A stretch of DNA of 13,630 nucleotides from a virus. The DNA lies in UHGV virus genome UHGV-0353144; one strand, given 5' to 3'. Below are positions 1-7,625 of this stretch, piece by piece. The stretch's first letter is position 1. The number at the start of each line of letters is the position of its first letter. A program made the position numbers and the translations under genes. The notes under the pieces were generated by a model that was given only the letters and a program-made list of their open reading frames with translations, did no database searches and was not told the DNA's origin.

Positions 1-716
1 GCCCACATCAGTGGCTGACGTCGCGCCCCCATCCCGGTAAGCATCGTGGTGTAAAGCGCATCGGTGGCGTGCTCGTGATATTCATCCACCACCGCACAGT
101 GGGGTGATGAACCATCACCGGGGTTACCGATCAGCGGTTCAAACCGCGCGCCATCCTCCGGACGATTCATGTTTGAGGCGTTAACCTCAATCCCGAACGC
201 TTCCGTCAGCATGGGTGTGCGTTTACACATCAGTCGCGCCGGGCGAAAGACTTCCCATGCCTGTTTCTCCGTCGTGGCACCGGAATACACTTCCGCGCCG
301 AACTCGTTATCACAGGCAAAACAATACAGGGCGACACCGGCAGAGATTGCTGATTTGCCGTTCTTACGGGGGATTTCGGTATACACCTCCCGGAAGCGGC
401 GCAGCCGGGAGCCTTTATTGACCCAGCCAAACGCGCAGCAGATCACAAAGAGCTGCCACGGCTCCAGCGTGATGGGCATCCTCTTGAATGCCCACTCACC
501 CTTGGTGTGCGGCAACAGCTGAATAAATTTGGCGGCCCGTTCAGCCAGGTCCTTGTCGAAGCGGTAACGAAACGACTTACTTTTTTCCGCCATCAGGTCA
601 TCAAGATGGCGCTGGCAGGCCTGAATCACAAACTGGCAGACCACAATCTTTCCGCGCACGACATCCCGGGCATACTGATTGGCAGCATTTACGTTGGGGT
701 AAGATTTCCGGCTCAT
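1..716 (-). CDS. terminase large subunit, N-terminal ~238 codons (gene continues past the window start)
   Basis: Minus-strand frame from ATG at 716 is open to position 1; I checked every codon in that frame by hand and found no stop. Translation begins [29 protein letters not shown] and contains the P-loop-like motif EIPRKNGKS seen in HK97-type large terminases. ATGA overlap with the stop of the upstream small-subunit gene. Absent from the ORF track because it has no stop in the window. Confidence 0.8.
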   Translation of the reverse strand, partial: MSRKSYPNVNAANQYARDVVRGKIVVCQFVIQACQRHLDDLMAEKSKSFRYRFDKDLAERAAKFIQLLPHTKGEWAFKRMPITLEPWQLFVICCAFGWVNKGSRLRRFREVYTEIPRKNGKSAISAGVALYCFACDNEFGAEVYSGATTEKQAWEVFRPARLMCKRTPMLTEAFGIEVNASNMNRPEDGARFEPLIGNPGDGSSPHCAVVDEYHEHATDALYTTMLTGMGARRQPLMW

Positions 717-1207
717 GATTCGATAATTTTCAGAAACGGGTTAGTGGCTTTCTTCTGCCCCGCCAGGCCAATCAGACGCTGGCGGCTGCTGGGGTCGAGT
801 CCGAGCATTGCCCCCGTGCTGCTCATCTCGGACTCCTGTTCTTTCTTGGCGGTCAGCTCCGGATTTTTGACCATACCGCCCATTGCACCGGTGATGGTGT
901 TGCCCTGGCTGGCAATATTTTTCACGGCACGTCGCCAGAACTCATAGGCTACGCACCACCGCTCAAGCACCGCGAGGTCAGTCACGCACAGCAGGCCCTG
1001 ACCGCAGAGTTCTTTGGTTGTCAGTTGCCACATGATCGTGGCGAGAGGGAGATTTTCTTCTGCGAACCACTCCGGTGGCTCAACGCCTTTGATGGGCGTA
1101 AAAACAGGTTCATCTTTGTTCAGGGCTCGCTTGCCGGGGTTTCCGGCCAGCGCCTTGCGCGCCGTTGGCTTGGGGCGACGCCCGGAACGCCCCGCCGTTC
1201 CAGCCAT
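713..1207 (-). CDS. terminase small subunit (HK97-like packaging module)
   Basis: ORF-track ORF 713..1216 starts at GTG; the ATG at 1207 has a GGAG Shine-Dalgarno about 8 nt upstream. Basic N-terminus [18 protein letters not shown]. Sits between the HNH gene and the large terminase. Confidence 0.7.
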   Translation of the reverse strand: MAGTAGRSGRRPKPTARKALAGNPGKRALNKDEPVFTPIKGVEPPEWFAEENLPLATIMWQLTTKELCGQGLLCVTDLAVLERWCVAYEFWRRAVKNIASQGNTITGAMGGMVKNPELTAKKEQESEMSSTGAMLGLDPSSRQRLIGLAGQKKATNPFLKIIES

Positions 1208-1257
1208 ATGCGGCACTCCTGGTTAAATTTCATTTTTCGCGGGTATAAAAAAACGAT

Positions 1258-1306
1258 GGGGCGGGCAGTCCGGAAGACGTCAGGTCACAGGGATTTGACC
1301 CGCCCC
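1258..1306. repeat. GC-rich inverted repeat GGGGCGGG (1258-1265) / CCCGCCCC (1299-1306); candidate cos/packaging site
   Basis: Perfect 8-bp inverted repeat in the 115-nt HNH-TerS intergenic gap, followed toward TerS by an A/T-rich stretch. HK97-type phages place cos between the HNH gene and terminase small subunit. Confidence 0.3.
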
Positions 1307-1332
1307 TCCCCTCTGGCAGTGGGAACTGGTTC

Positions 1333-1683
1333 TTACTTCAACCGTTCACGGGCCGTCTTCGCCTTATGACACGGCCAGCACAGACTCTGCAGATTACTGT
1401 CGGCATCAGTGCCGCCATGCGCTTTAGGGATGATGTGGTCAACGGTTTTCGCTTCACGCACCACACCGGCACGCAGGCACAACTGGCACAGTCCTTTGTC
1501 ACGCTTCAACACACGCACGCGGATAACATCCCACTTCGAACCATAACCGCGCTGGTGACGGGACTGACCTGGCTTATATTGCGTCCAGCCTTCGCTTTTG
1601 TGGCTTTCACAATAGCCTGACGGATCTGTGGTGGTATGGCGGCAACCGCGAACACGGCAGGCTTTTGGGATTCGTGGCGGCAT
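1333..1683 (-). CDS. HNH endonuclease (terminase-associated)
   Basis: 116-aa ORF with Cys-rich N-terminus (CRVRGCRHTT...YCESH) and the HNH core DHIIPKAHGGTDADSNLQSLCWPCH. Lies immediately upstream of the terminase genes, as in HK97 gp74. Confidence 0.9.
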   Translation of the reverse strand: MPPRIPKACRVRGCRHTTTDPSGYCESHKSEGWTQYKPGQSRHQRGYGSKWDVIRVRVLKRDKGLCQLCLRAGVVREAKTVDHIIPKAHGGTDADSNLQSLCWPCHKAKTARERLK

Positions 1684-2036
1684 ATGTACTAATCTCCGAT
1701 TTATCCAAATTTCACTGCCATAATGCCGACATTCTCTGCCATTGTTGGCTCCGTTTATCCGTTAAAAGGGATATCAGTTAAGTTATCCCGTGTAGGGTAT
1801 AAGCCATTGTCGAGACCACTCATTGAATGGTCTCTGCAATAACCGATGTCTTTCCATCAGTCCGCCACCACAAAGAATCTTTTTTGCCATAAGGCTGGAG
1901 GTTCATCTTTCAGTGGCTGCCAGTGTTATTTCCCCACTTACTGGCTTGGGTTGTATCGCTGTACTGCCGTAACTGGTTACCCAGAATAAATTCCGGTTTC
2001 ATTATCAAGCCCACCCGTAGATGGGCTTTGTAATGG

Positions 2037-2294
2037 CTACTTCGCTTTTGCTTCCGCTCGCTTACGCCGGCGCTCTTCTTTCCTCTCGGCTTTTGCCATG
2101 TCCATGAATGCCTGCATGATCGAGTTCCGCATCATGTAGCTAACAAAGTGATGATTGACACAGCCGTTGAGGCGCAGCTGCTCGCCAAACTCATCCACCG
2201 AGGCCAATGCTTCCATCATGCCCTTCTCGCCTTTCATGAACTCTGAGAAGTCGCGCCCCGCTCTGGAGGCGCATTCAATGACACGATCACTCAT
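2037..2294 (-). CDS. hypothetical protein (85 aa), translationally coupled to the upstream KilA-N gene
   Basis: ORF-track ORF 2037..2294. Its ATG overlaps the stop of the KilA-N ORF (ATGA at 2291-2294). Lys/Arg/Glu-rich C-terminal tail (AKAERKEERRRKRAEAKAK). No family recognised. Confidence 0.5.
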   Translation of the reverse strand: MSDRVIECASRAGRDFSEFMKGEKGMMEALASVDEFGEQLRLNGCVNHHFVSYMMRNSIMQAFMDMAKAERKEERRRKRAEAKAK

Positions 2295-2788
2295 CCCGGA
2301 AGCCCGGGGATCGTAATCTGCAGCTGGTTAGCCAGGGAGTTAATCTCAGCGACCAACACTGGCTTCGTATAGCGCCATGCCGCCAGCCCTTGTCCGCAGA
2401 AGCTCGCCATGTCTTTCTTCTGGTCAAACTCATGACATTTCATGTTGAGCTGCGCACTTAAGCTGTTGCGATGCTGAAGTTCTCCAGTGAAGTAGTCATC
2501 GAGGACTTTATAGGCCGCGTACTTGAACCCGGGGTTTAACCAAGCCGCATAATCGTAAGCAACAAACTTCCCGCCATATGTTCCACCGTGTACACCGCGC
2601 TCAGTAAAAACCACAGATTCGTGGTTTTTCTCCAGCTCGGCTAAGAACTCTTTGGTCTGCTTGTTTCGCAGGTAGTGGTACGGAGATTCAGATTCACTTT
2701 TACCACTGGCTTTCCACATATCAGTGAGGCAGATCATTCCTGATTCATCAACACGGATCGGTGTATTAAAAAGCGTGATTGCTTTCAT
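2291..2788 (-). CDS. KilA-N (APSES-like) domain protein
   Basis: ORF-track ORF 2291..2824 begins at a GTG with no SD. The internal ATG at 2788 has an AAGG SD and gives N-terminus MKAITLFNTPIRVDESGMICLTDMWKASGK, which resembles the KilA-N DNA-binding domain from memory. Start assignment is uncertain. Confidence 0.6.
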   Translation of the reverse strand: MKAITLFNTPIRVDESGMICLTDMWKASGKSESESPYHYLRNKQTKEFLAELEKNHESVVFTERGVHGGTYGGKFVAYDYAAWLNPGFKYAAYKVLDDYFTGELQHRNSLSAQLNMKCHEFDQKKDMASFCGQGLAAWRYTKPVLVAEINSLANQLQITIPGLPG

Positions 2789-2930
2789 AGCGTCTTTACC
2801 TTTTAGAAAGTGAGCCTGTCTCACAGAAAAGCCGCCCGAGAGAGGTCGCCACCTATAACGGCATTTCTCAGGCTCGCTTACTGAAAGGCTCTCGTTAATA
2901 TGCGCGTGAGATGCGCGTTTACTGCGGACA

Positions 2931-2955
2931 TAAAAAAGCCCCGCATCGCGAGGCT
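2931..2955 (-). terminator. putative intrinsic terminator downstream of Rz
   Basis: On the minus-strand RNA: stem AGCCUCGC / GCGGGGCU (8 bp including one G-U), loop GAU, then UUUUUUA. Lies about 30 nt after the Rz stop. A loop of 3 nt is tight, so the stem may be 7 bp with a 5-nt loop. Confidence 0.45.
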
Positions 2956-2986
2956 CATTAAATGGACTTTGTGATTTGCAAAAAAA

Positions 2987-3454
2987 TTATTTCGGGCATT
3001 GCGTCCTGATGTATTCCTGAAGCGTTCTCAGTGCTGTTTGGTCGCGGATAATTCCGTCCCGGATACCGAGAACGTTTCGTCCAGCAACTGGAGAGAGTTC
3101 GACGGAGGCATCATTGCCCATGCCGGAGGCGCTGGAGGTTTCGGCTGAGGATGGCATAGGGCATTTTCCTTTGACGAGCACCCTACCACCATTATCAAGC
3201 TCGCGCCGAAGAGCATCATTTTCAGCTTTCGCATCAGCTAACTCCTTCGTGTATTTAGCATCGAGTGCATCAGCAGTACGCTGGCGCTGCTGCATGTCAG
3301 TAATGGTGGCAGTCGCCTGCTTCAGCTCACTGCCTTTTTTATCGCGCTGCTCTTTGTAGGCGATGGCGTTATCACGGTAATGATTAACAGCCCATGACAG
3401 GCAGACGATGATGCAGATAACCAGAGCGGAGATAATCGCGGTGACTCTGCTCAT
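2987..3454 (-). CDS. Rz: Rz i-spanin
   Basis: ORF 2987..3454. N-terminal ~85 aa ([31 protein letters not shown]...[19 protein letters not shown]) match lambda Rz as I recall it; the C-terminal part diverges. ATGA overlap with the R stop. Confidence 0.85.
   Translation of the reverse strand: MSRVTAIISALVICIIVCLSWAVNHYRDNAIAYKEQRDKKGSELKQATATITDMQQRQRTADALDAKYTKELADAKAENDALRRELDNGGRVLVKGKCPMPSSAETSSASGMGNDASVELSPVAGRNVLGIRDGIIRDQTALRTLQEYIRTQCPK
3028..3234 (-). CDS. Rz1: Rz1 o-spanin, embedded in the +1 frame of Rz
   Basis: ORF entirely inside Rz. Strong SD AAGGAG 8 nt upstream of ATG at 3234. Lipobox MVVGC followed by a proline-rich segment ([11 protein letters not shown]), as in lambda Rz1. 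Confidence 0.75.
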   Translation of the reverse strand: MRKLKMMLFGASLIMVVGCSSKENALCHPQPKPPAPPAWAMMPPSNSLQLLDETFSVSGTELSATKQH

Positions 3455-3927
3455 ACCTCAATCTCTCTGACCGTTCCGCCAGCCTCTTTGAATTTTGCAA
3501 TCAGGCTGTCAGCCTTATGCTCTAACTGGCCATAACCAGCGCCCGGCAGTGAAGCCCAGATATTGCTGCAACGGTCGATTGCCTGACGAATATCACCGCG
3601 GTCAATCATCGGTAAAGCGCCACGCTCTTTAATCTGTTGCAGAGCTACAGCGTCCTGGCTTTCTGGAGAAAAATCTTTCAGGCCAAGCTGTTTACGGTAA
3701 GCATCCCACCAGCGTGAAAGAAGCTGGTAACGTCCGGCTGCTGTTGATTTGAGTTTTGGGTTTAGCGTGACAAGTTTGCGAGGGTGATCGGAGTAATCAG
3801 TGAATAGCTCTCCGCCAACAATGACGTCATAACCATGATTTCTGGTTTTCTGCCGTCCGTTATCAGTTCCCTCTGACCACGCCAGCATATCGAGGAACGC
3901 CTTACGTTGATTATTGATTTCCACCAT
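3451..3927 (-). CDS. R: endolysin (lambda R-type lytic transglycosylase)
   Basis: 158-aa product [39 protein letters not shown]... is near-identical to lambda R by recall. Overlaps the S gene end. Confidence 0.95.
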   Translation of the reverse strand: MVEINNQRKAFLDMLAWSEGTDNGRQKTRNHGYDVIVGGELFTDYSDHPRKLVTLNPKLKSTAAGRYQLLSRWWDAYRKQLGLKDFSPESQDAVALQQIKERGALPMIDRGDIRQAIDRCSNIWASLPGAGYGQLEHKADSLIAKFKEAGGTVREIEV

Positions 3928-4234
3928 CTTCTACTCCGGCTTTTTTAGCAGCGAAGCGTTTGATAAGCGAACCTATCGAGTCAGTACCGATGTAGCCGAT
4001 GAACACGCTCGTTATATAAGCGAGATTGCTACTTAGTCCGGCGAAGTCGAGAAGGTCACGAATGAACCAGGCGATAATGGCGCACATCGTTGCGTCGATT
4101 ACTGTTTTTGTAAACGCACCGCCATTATATCTGCCGCGAAGGTACGCCATTGCAAACGCAAGGATTGCCCCGATGCCTTGTTCCTTTGCCGCGAGAATGG
4201 CGGCTAACAGGTCATGTTTTTCTGGCATCTTCAT
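3911..4234 (-). CDS. S: holin / antiholin (lambda S-type, class I)
   Basis: 107-aa product [39 protein letters not shown]... is near-identical to lambda S by recall, including the Met1-Lys2-Met3 dual-start motif. Confidence 0.95.
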   Translation of the reverse strand: MKMPEKHDLLAAILAAKEQGIGAILAFAMAYLRGRYNGGAFTKTVIDATMCAIIAWFIRDLLDFAGLSSNLAYITSVFIGYIGTDSIGSLIKRFAAKKAGVEDGGNQ

Positions 4235-4353
4235 GTCTTACCCACAATAAGGGGATTTGCTCTATTTAATTAGGAATAATGTCTATTACTGATAGAACAA
4301 ATCCAGGCTACTGTGTTTAGTAATCAGATTTGTTCGTGACCGATATGCACGGG

Positions 4354-4389
4354 CAAAACGGCAGGAGGTTGTTAGCGCGACCTCCTGCC
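4354..4389 (-). other. strong RNA hairpin in the late leader (10-bp perfect stem), possible attenuator/terminator
   Basis: Stem GGCAGGAGGT (4360-4369) / ACCTCCTGCC (4380-4389) with a 10-nt loop; on the minus-strand RNA it is followed by GUUUUG. About 130 nt upstream of S. Confidence 0.4.
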
Positions 4390-4634
4390 ACCCGCTTTCA
4401 CGAAGATCATGTGTAGAAGGCCGCAGCGTAACTATCACTGATGAATTCAGGATAGCCAGTGGCTACGGCTCAGTTTGGGCTGTGCTGTTGCTGGGCGGCG
4501 ATGACGCCTGTACGCATTTGGTGATCCGGTTCTGCTTCCGGTATTCGCTTAATTCAGCACAACGGAAAGAGCACTGGCTAACCAGGCGCGCCGACTCTTC
4601 ACGATTATCGGCTCAATGCTCTTACCTGTTGTGC

Positions 4635-4679
4635 AAACAAAAAAGCCACCGTTGCAACTTAAGAGTCACTAACGGCAGC
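4635..4679 (-). terminator. tR'-like intrinsic terminator of the short late-promoter transcript
   Basis: On the minus-strand RNA: GCUGCCGUU ... AACGGUGGC (9-bp stem with two G-U pairs, 17-nt loop) followed by UUUUUUGUUU. The equivalent plus-strand pairs would be C-A/A-C mismatches, so the structure is strand-specific. Positionally matches lambda tR' (flanking sequence GCACAACAGGTAAGAGC as I recall it). Confidence 0.55.
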
Positions 4680-4689
4680 TTACCCTCTA

Positions 4690-4719
4690 ATTATGGCTAA
4701 ATGGCTAATTGCATGTCAA
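4690..4719 (-). promoter_or_regulatory. late promoter PR' (sigma70) overlapping the 3' end of the Q-like gene; presumed qut region
   Basis: Minus strand: TTGACA (4714-4719), 18-bp spacer, CATAAT (4690-4695). The -35 lies in the last codons of the Q-like ORF and the Q stop TAG sits in the spacer. Predicted start is ~45 nt upstream of the tR'-like T-run. Confidence 0.55.
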
Positions 4720-5215
4720 GGTTTTTAACAGCAACATGCTTAACTTTCTCAACACGTTTACGCATTTTGAAAGCATTTTGCATTGGTTGGTACAAAACAA
4801 ATAATGACGCTTTCAGGATGTCGTCAATTTCATTTCTACAGGTTGCCAGTGAAGGTTTTCTCCATCCCTCGCCACCACGTCCACACATCTTGCGTGGCTT
4901 TGCAGTCGCGTGATAGTAGGATGCAATTGCTCGCTTAGATGAACCATGAGCGTAGTAGCTGAGGAGGATGCCAAAGGCTTTCTTGTCAATGTACATGACG
5001 GAATCGACGACCTGAGAAATCAACATTCCATCATCATCATTGCACATTGGCCTTGTCATAACTCTTCCCGGCTCTACGCTCTCCATGAACTTCGCTATTA
5101 CGCTGCTCATGCGCTTTTCCAGACGACCTGAATAAACCCATGCGCCCCACAGTTCAAGCCAGCCATTCAGCCACTCGTGCTGCTCTTTGGTGAGGTTTAG
5201 TTCTCTTATGCCCAT
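4697..5215 (-). CDS. putative late-gene antiterminator (Q-like, not the lambda Q type)
   Basis: 172-aa ORF occupying the Q position: overlaps the ninI stop at its 5' end and carries the PR' -35 at its 3' end. Sequence is unlike lambda Q as I recall it, so the call is positional only. Confidence 0.5.
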   Translation of the reverse strand: MGIRELNLTKEQHEWLNGWLELWGAWVYSGRLEKRMSSVIAKFMESVEPGRVMTRPMCNDDDGMLISQVVDSVMYIDKKAFGILLSYYAHGSSKRAIASYYHATAKPRKMCGRGGEGWRKPSLATCRNEIDDILKASLFVLYQPMQNAFKMRKRVEKVKHVAVKNLDMQLAI

Positions 5216-5877
5216 GCGCCTTCTCCCTGTACCTGAATCAATGTGAGATTTCCGCAGAACACTGCGCCGGTATCGATATACATCTGGTTGGCAAATTTGA
5301 GTGGTTTCACTGCTGGCGTATGACCAAAGATGAACGTGTCCGCGCCTTTGATTTCTTTCACGATCCCGTCTTGTGAGTTGCTGATTCGTTCGCGGTTCCA
5401 GATTACCTGCTGATGATCAACTGGCTTTCCGAACTCGTATTCATCACAAGGATAATCGGCGTGGCAGATGATATATTTTTTATCTTTGCTCACCAGTTCG
5501 ATGATTAACGGAAGTTCATCTGCTTTATGGGCAAGAGCTTTAGCCAGAATTTCTTTGTCGTAATCGAGATTAAAGAACCAGCCACCGCCATTAAGCAGCC
5601 AGTGATTGACGTTTCCACGCTCTGATAAGCCATCAATCATCATTTGCTCATGGTTTCCACGTACAGCTATGAACCAGGGGAATGTGATTAATTCCAGGCA
5701 TTCAACGTTCTCTGTACCGCGATCGACCAAATCGCCAACCGAGATAAGCAGGTCTTTTTTGGTGTCGAATCCTATCGTCTCCAGTTTTTTCATCAGGTTC
5801 GTGTAGCATCCGTGCAGATCGCCAACTACCCAAATATTTCGGTATTTGCTGCCATCAATTTTTTCGTAATAGCGCAT
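5206..5877 (-). CDS. ninI: Ser/Thr protein phosphatase (lambda NinI / PP-lambda type)
   Basis: ORF 5206..5952; ATG at 5877 with GGAG SD gives [29 protein letters not shown]...GNHE, the calcineurin-like metallophosphatase motifs. Near-identical to lambda NinI by recall. Confidence 0.95.
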   Translation of the reverse strand: MRYYEKIDGSKYRNIWVVGDLHGCYTNLMKKLETIGFDTKKDLLISVGDLVDRGTENVECLELITFPWFIAVRGNHEQMMIDGLSERGNVNHWLLNGGGWFFNLDYDKEILAKALAHKADELPLIIELVSKDKKYIICHADYPCDEYEFGKPVDHQQVIWNRERISNSQDGIVKEIKGADTFIFGHTPAVKPLKFANQMYIDTGAVFCGNLTLIQVQGEGAWA

Positions 5878-6061
5878 CTCTTTCACTCCATCCGCGATGA
5901 ACCATGAGAACGTCGTTGACGATGGCGTGCATTTTCCCGTCTTTATCATCAACGTATTTTCTGACCGTACCGCGACTACATTTCAGTCTGCGTGCCACTT
6001 CTGTCTGGTTTCCGTATGCTTCAACGAGCATGTCTGGAATGGTTTTTACTGAGAACGTCAT
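5855..6061 (-). CDS. ninH: NinH
   Basis: ATG at 6061 gives [68 protein letters not shown] (68 aa), matching lambda NinH by recall. ATGA overlap with the rusA stop; 23-nt overlap with ninI as in lambda. Confidence 0.85.
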   Translation of the reverse strand: MTFSVKTIPDMLVEAYGNQTEVARRLKCSRGTVRKYVDDKDGKMHAIVNDVLMVHRGWSERDALLRKN

Positions 6062-6453
6062 GCGGCCTCCAGTAGCTCTGTAATCATTGGCAAACTCCCG
6101 CATGTTTCAGTCACAACCAACACAAGCATTCCACCTTTAATCGCCTGATAGCGCTTGATGCGCATATCGTCTATCTGACCGTCATCCAGCCAGAAGCCCG
6201 CACTGGTGAGTGCGTCAAAAACGGCTTTGGGCAGATTGTCCAAATCTCGTTTGCGGTTATCGGGAGGTGCTGCGTGGATGGTTATTCTGATGCGAGGTGT
6301 GATTTTGATGTCTAGCTGTTGTTGCTGGATTATTTCGATTACTTCTTTTCGGTATCTCTCCCCCCAGTCGCTGATGTAGTGGATCCCTCTTGAGTGTCGC
6401 CAATATCGGTTGTTTGAAGGAGGCCACGGCAATTTTATTCGGTAGGTTTTCAT
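6058..6453 (-). CDS. rusA: RusA-type Holliday junction resolvase
   Basis: 131-aa product MKTYRIKLPWPPSNNRYWRHSRG...RDLDNLPKAVFDALTSAGFWLDDGQI matches the RusA family signature by recall. Confidence 0.85.
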   Translation of the reverse strand: MKTYRIKLPWPPSNNRYWRHSRGIHYISDWGERYRKEVIEIIQQQQLDIKITPRIRITIHAAPPDNRKRDLDNLPKAVFDALTSAGFWLDDGQIDDMRIKRYQAIKGGMLVLVVTETCGSLPMITELLEAA

Positions 6454-6740
6454 GACTTAATCTTCCCCTCCTTCAGCAGTATCGCCTGCGTCCTGATCAC
6501 GCCTTCGAGGTGGTAAAGTCTGGCGTCTTTGTTGTCGAGGTTATGGGTGCGTCGGTCGATTTCATCGTGACACGCGCTACAAGCCCATGCGCCGATCAGG
6601 TCGTCAGGCTTCATTCCCGTTCCGCAAATTCCAGCCATCCGGTAATGTGCCAGAACTGTAGTTTCAGGGTTGCCATTGCATACGCCGTAAATACGTACCT
6701 GGCATTCTCTGCCGCGTGCTTCTTTGCGTAGGTTAGCCAT
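6450..6740 (-). CDS. YbcO-like protein (DUF1364 family, putative nuclease)
   Basis: 96-aa product with RGRECQVRIYGVCNGNPETTVLAH and CSACHDEIDRRTH motifs; resembles E. coli DLP12 YbcO from memory. Adjacent to rusA as in DLP12/82-type nin regions. Confidence 0.6.
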   Translation of the reverse strand: MANLRKEARGRECQVRIYGVCNGNPETTVLAHYRMAGICGTGMKPDDLIGAWACSACHDEIDRRTHNLDNKDARLYHLEGVIRTQAILLKEGKIKS

Positions 6741-7462
6741 TAAGCAGCCTCCCCGGTTACTTTCAGCATTCCGTTATCGAGCAGCTTTCTGGTCAGCCAC
6801 TGTTGACCACGCCCGGTGATTTTTGTGGTGAACGATATCTGTATTCCGTGATTTGTGTTGACCGCTGTTTCTTTCACTGTGAAATAGCCGCGATCCATAT
6901 ATTCCTGCATTGGCACATTGCGCCGGGAACCTGAAGCAATAAGGATTTTGTGATCGCGCATCCACGCAAACAGTTTGTTTGGACCAATTCCAACAACCTT
7001 TGCAAAGTTTCCAATCAAAATTCCGCTGGCCTCGCCAACGCGATCGGCAAACTCAACTTTAGGTGCGGCAATTGCGAACTGGTTTTCCAGTTGCATTTTC
7101 TGCTCAGCAAGATCAGCAGCAAGGCGCAACGCTTCTGGTAGCGTTTTGGGGATATTAACCGCAGCTTCTTCAAGATCTCGCCAGCGGTCAACAAGGCGAG
7201 CGGTGAACTCTGGCGACAACTGGGCAACAACAACAATACTATCTCGCTTACCTTGTTCGCCTTCGAAGACGTAAGCCTCGACACTACGTCGCAGTCCTAA
7301 GTTATTGATTTTTTCGAAAACCTGCAATGCAGGAAGTTGAATAACTCCAGATTTAGCCAGGCGCTCTATTGATATTTTTACGTTATCTGGACGACTTCCC
7401 ACCAAATCAGCGATTTCAATGCTTGTCATTTTGATGGCATTGCCATTTATTAACTCATTCAT
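6740..7462 (-). CDS. phage antirepressor-like regulatory protein (Rha-type N-terminal domain + ANT/KilAC C-terminal domain)
   Basis: 240-aa ORF. N-terminus TSIEIADLVGSRPDNVKISIERL resembles the Rha family; C-terminal half (AIAAPKVEFADRV...FAWMRDHKILI...GRGQQWL) resembles the ANT antirepressor domain. Both by recall. Confidence 0.65.
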   Translation of the reverse strand: MNELINGNAIKMTSIEIADLVGSRPDNVKISIERLAKSGVIQLPALQVFEKINNLGLRRSVEAYVFEGEQGKRDSIVVVAQLSPEFTARLVDRWRDLEEAAVNIPKTLPEALRLAADLAEQKMQLENQFAIAAPKVEFADRVGEASGILIGNFAKVVGIGPNKLFAWMRDHKILIASGSRRNVPMQEYMDRGYFTVKETAVNTNHGIQISFTTKITGRGQQWLTRKLLDNGMLKVTGEAA

Positions 7463-7625
7463 CGTCTTCTTCCTCGTACATTGAGCTATTCGGATCGCTC
7501 ATCAGTTCTGCGCAGCAGTGCTCACACACGTGAACTTCCAGCACATGCAGCTTCTGACCGCAGTTAGCGCACGTTAAAGCTCGCTCGACACTTCCTTGTT
7601 CGTAACTTCGATTTTGGTCAATCAC
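7455..7625 (-). CDS. ninF: NinF
   Basis: 56-codon ORF not in the track (below its size cut-off), read by hand: (GTG)[55 protein letters not shown], matching lambda NinF by recall. GTG start overlaps the ninE stop (GTGA). Confidence 0.7.
   Translation of the reverse strand: MIDQNRSYEQGSVERALTCANCGQKLHVLEVHVCEHCCAELMSDPNSSMYEEEDDE

Noticed and set aside
169-947. Plus-strand ORFs 169..522, 215..421, 507..947 and minus-strand ORF 230..430
   Set aside because: They lie antisense to, or out of frame with, the open minus-strand terminase large subunit frame (1..716) and the small subunit gene. No SD signals and no recognisable protein features; treated as shadow ORFs.
1014-1620. Plus-strand ORFs 1014..1226, 1025..1369 and 1366..1620
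   Set aside because: Antisense to the terminase small subunit and HNH genes, which have clear motifs; GC-rich shadow frames.
2788-2824. GTG start at 2824 for the KilA-N gene (ORF-track start)
   Set aside because: No SD upstream of the GTG; the ATG at 2788 has an SD-like AAGG and puts the KilA-N-like motif at the N-terminus. Retained only as an alternative.
3114-3359. Plus-strand ORF antisense to Rz
   Set aside because: Overlaps the well-supported Rz/Rz1 pair on the opposite strand; Ser/Ala/Arg-rich low-complexity translation typical of an antisense frame.
4026-4250. Plus-strand ORF antisense to S
   Set aside because: Entirely inside the holin gene on the opposite strand; no independent support.
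4482-5131. Plus-strand ORFs 4482..4700, 4701..4913 and 4946..5131
   Set aside because: Antisense to the late leader and the Q-like gene; lambda has no gene in the corresponding leader; no SD.
5606-5806. Plus-strand ORF antisense to ninI
   Set aside because: Inside the strongly supported phosphatase gene on the opposite strand.
6510-7284. ORFs 6510..6731 (+), 6774..6965 (-), 6950..7141 (+), 6975..7274 (+), 7015..7284 (-)
   Set aside because: All overlap the YbcO-like and antirepressor genes in alternative frames or strands; none has domain-like sequence or translational signals.
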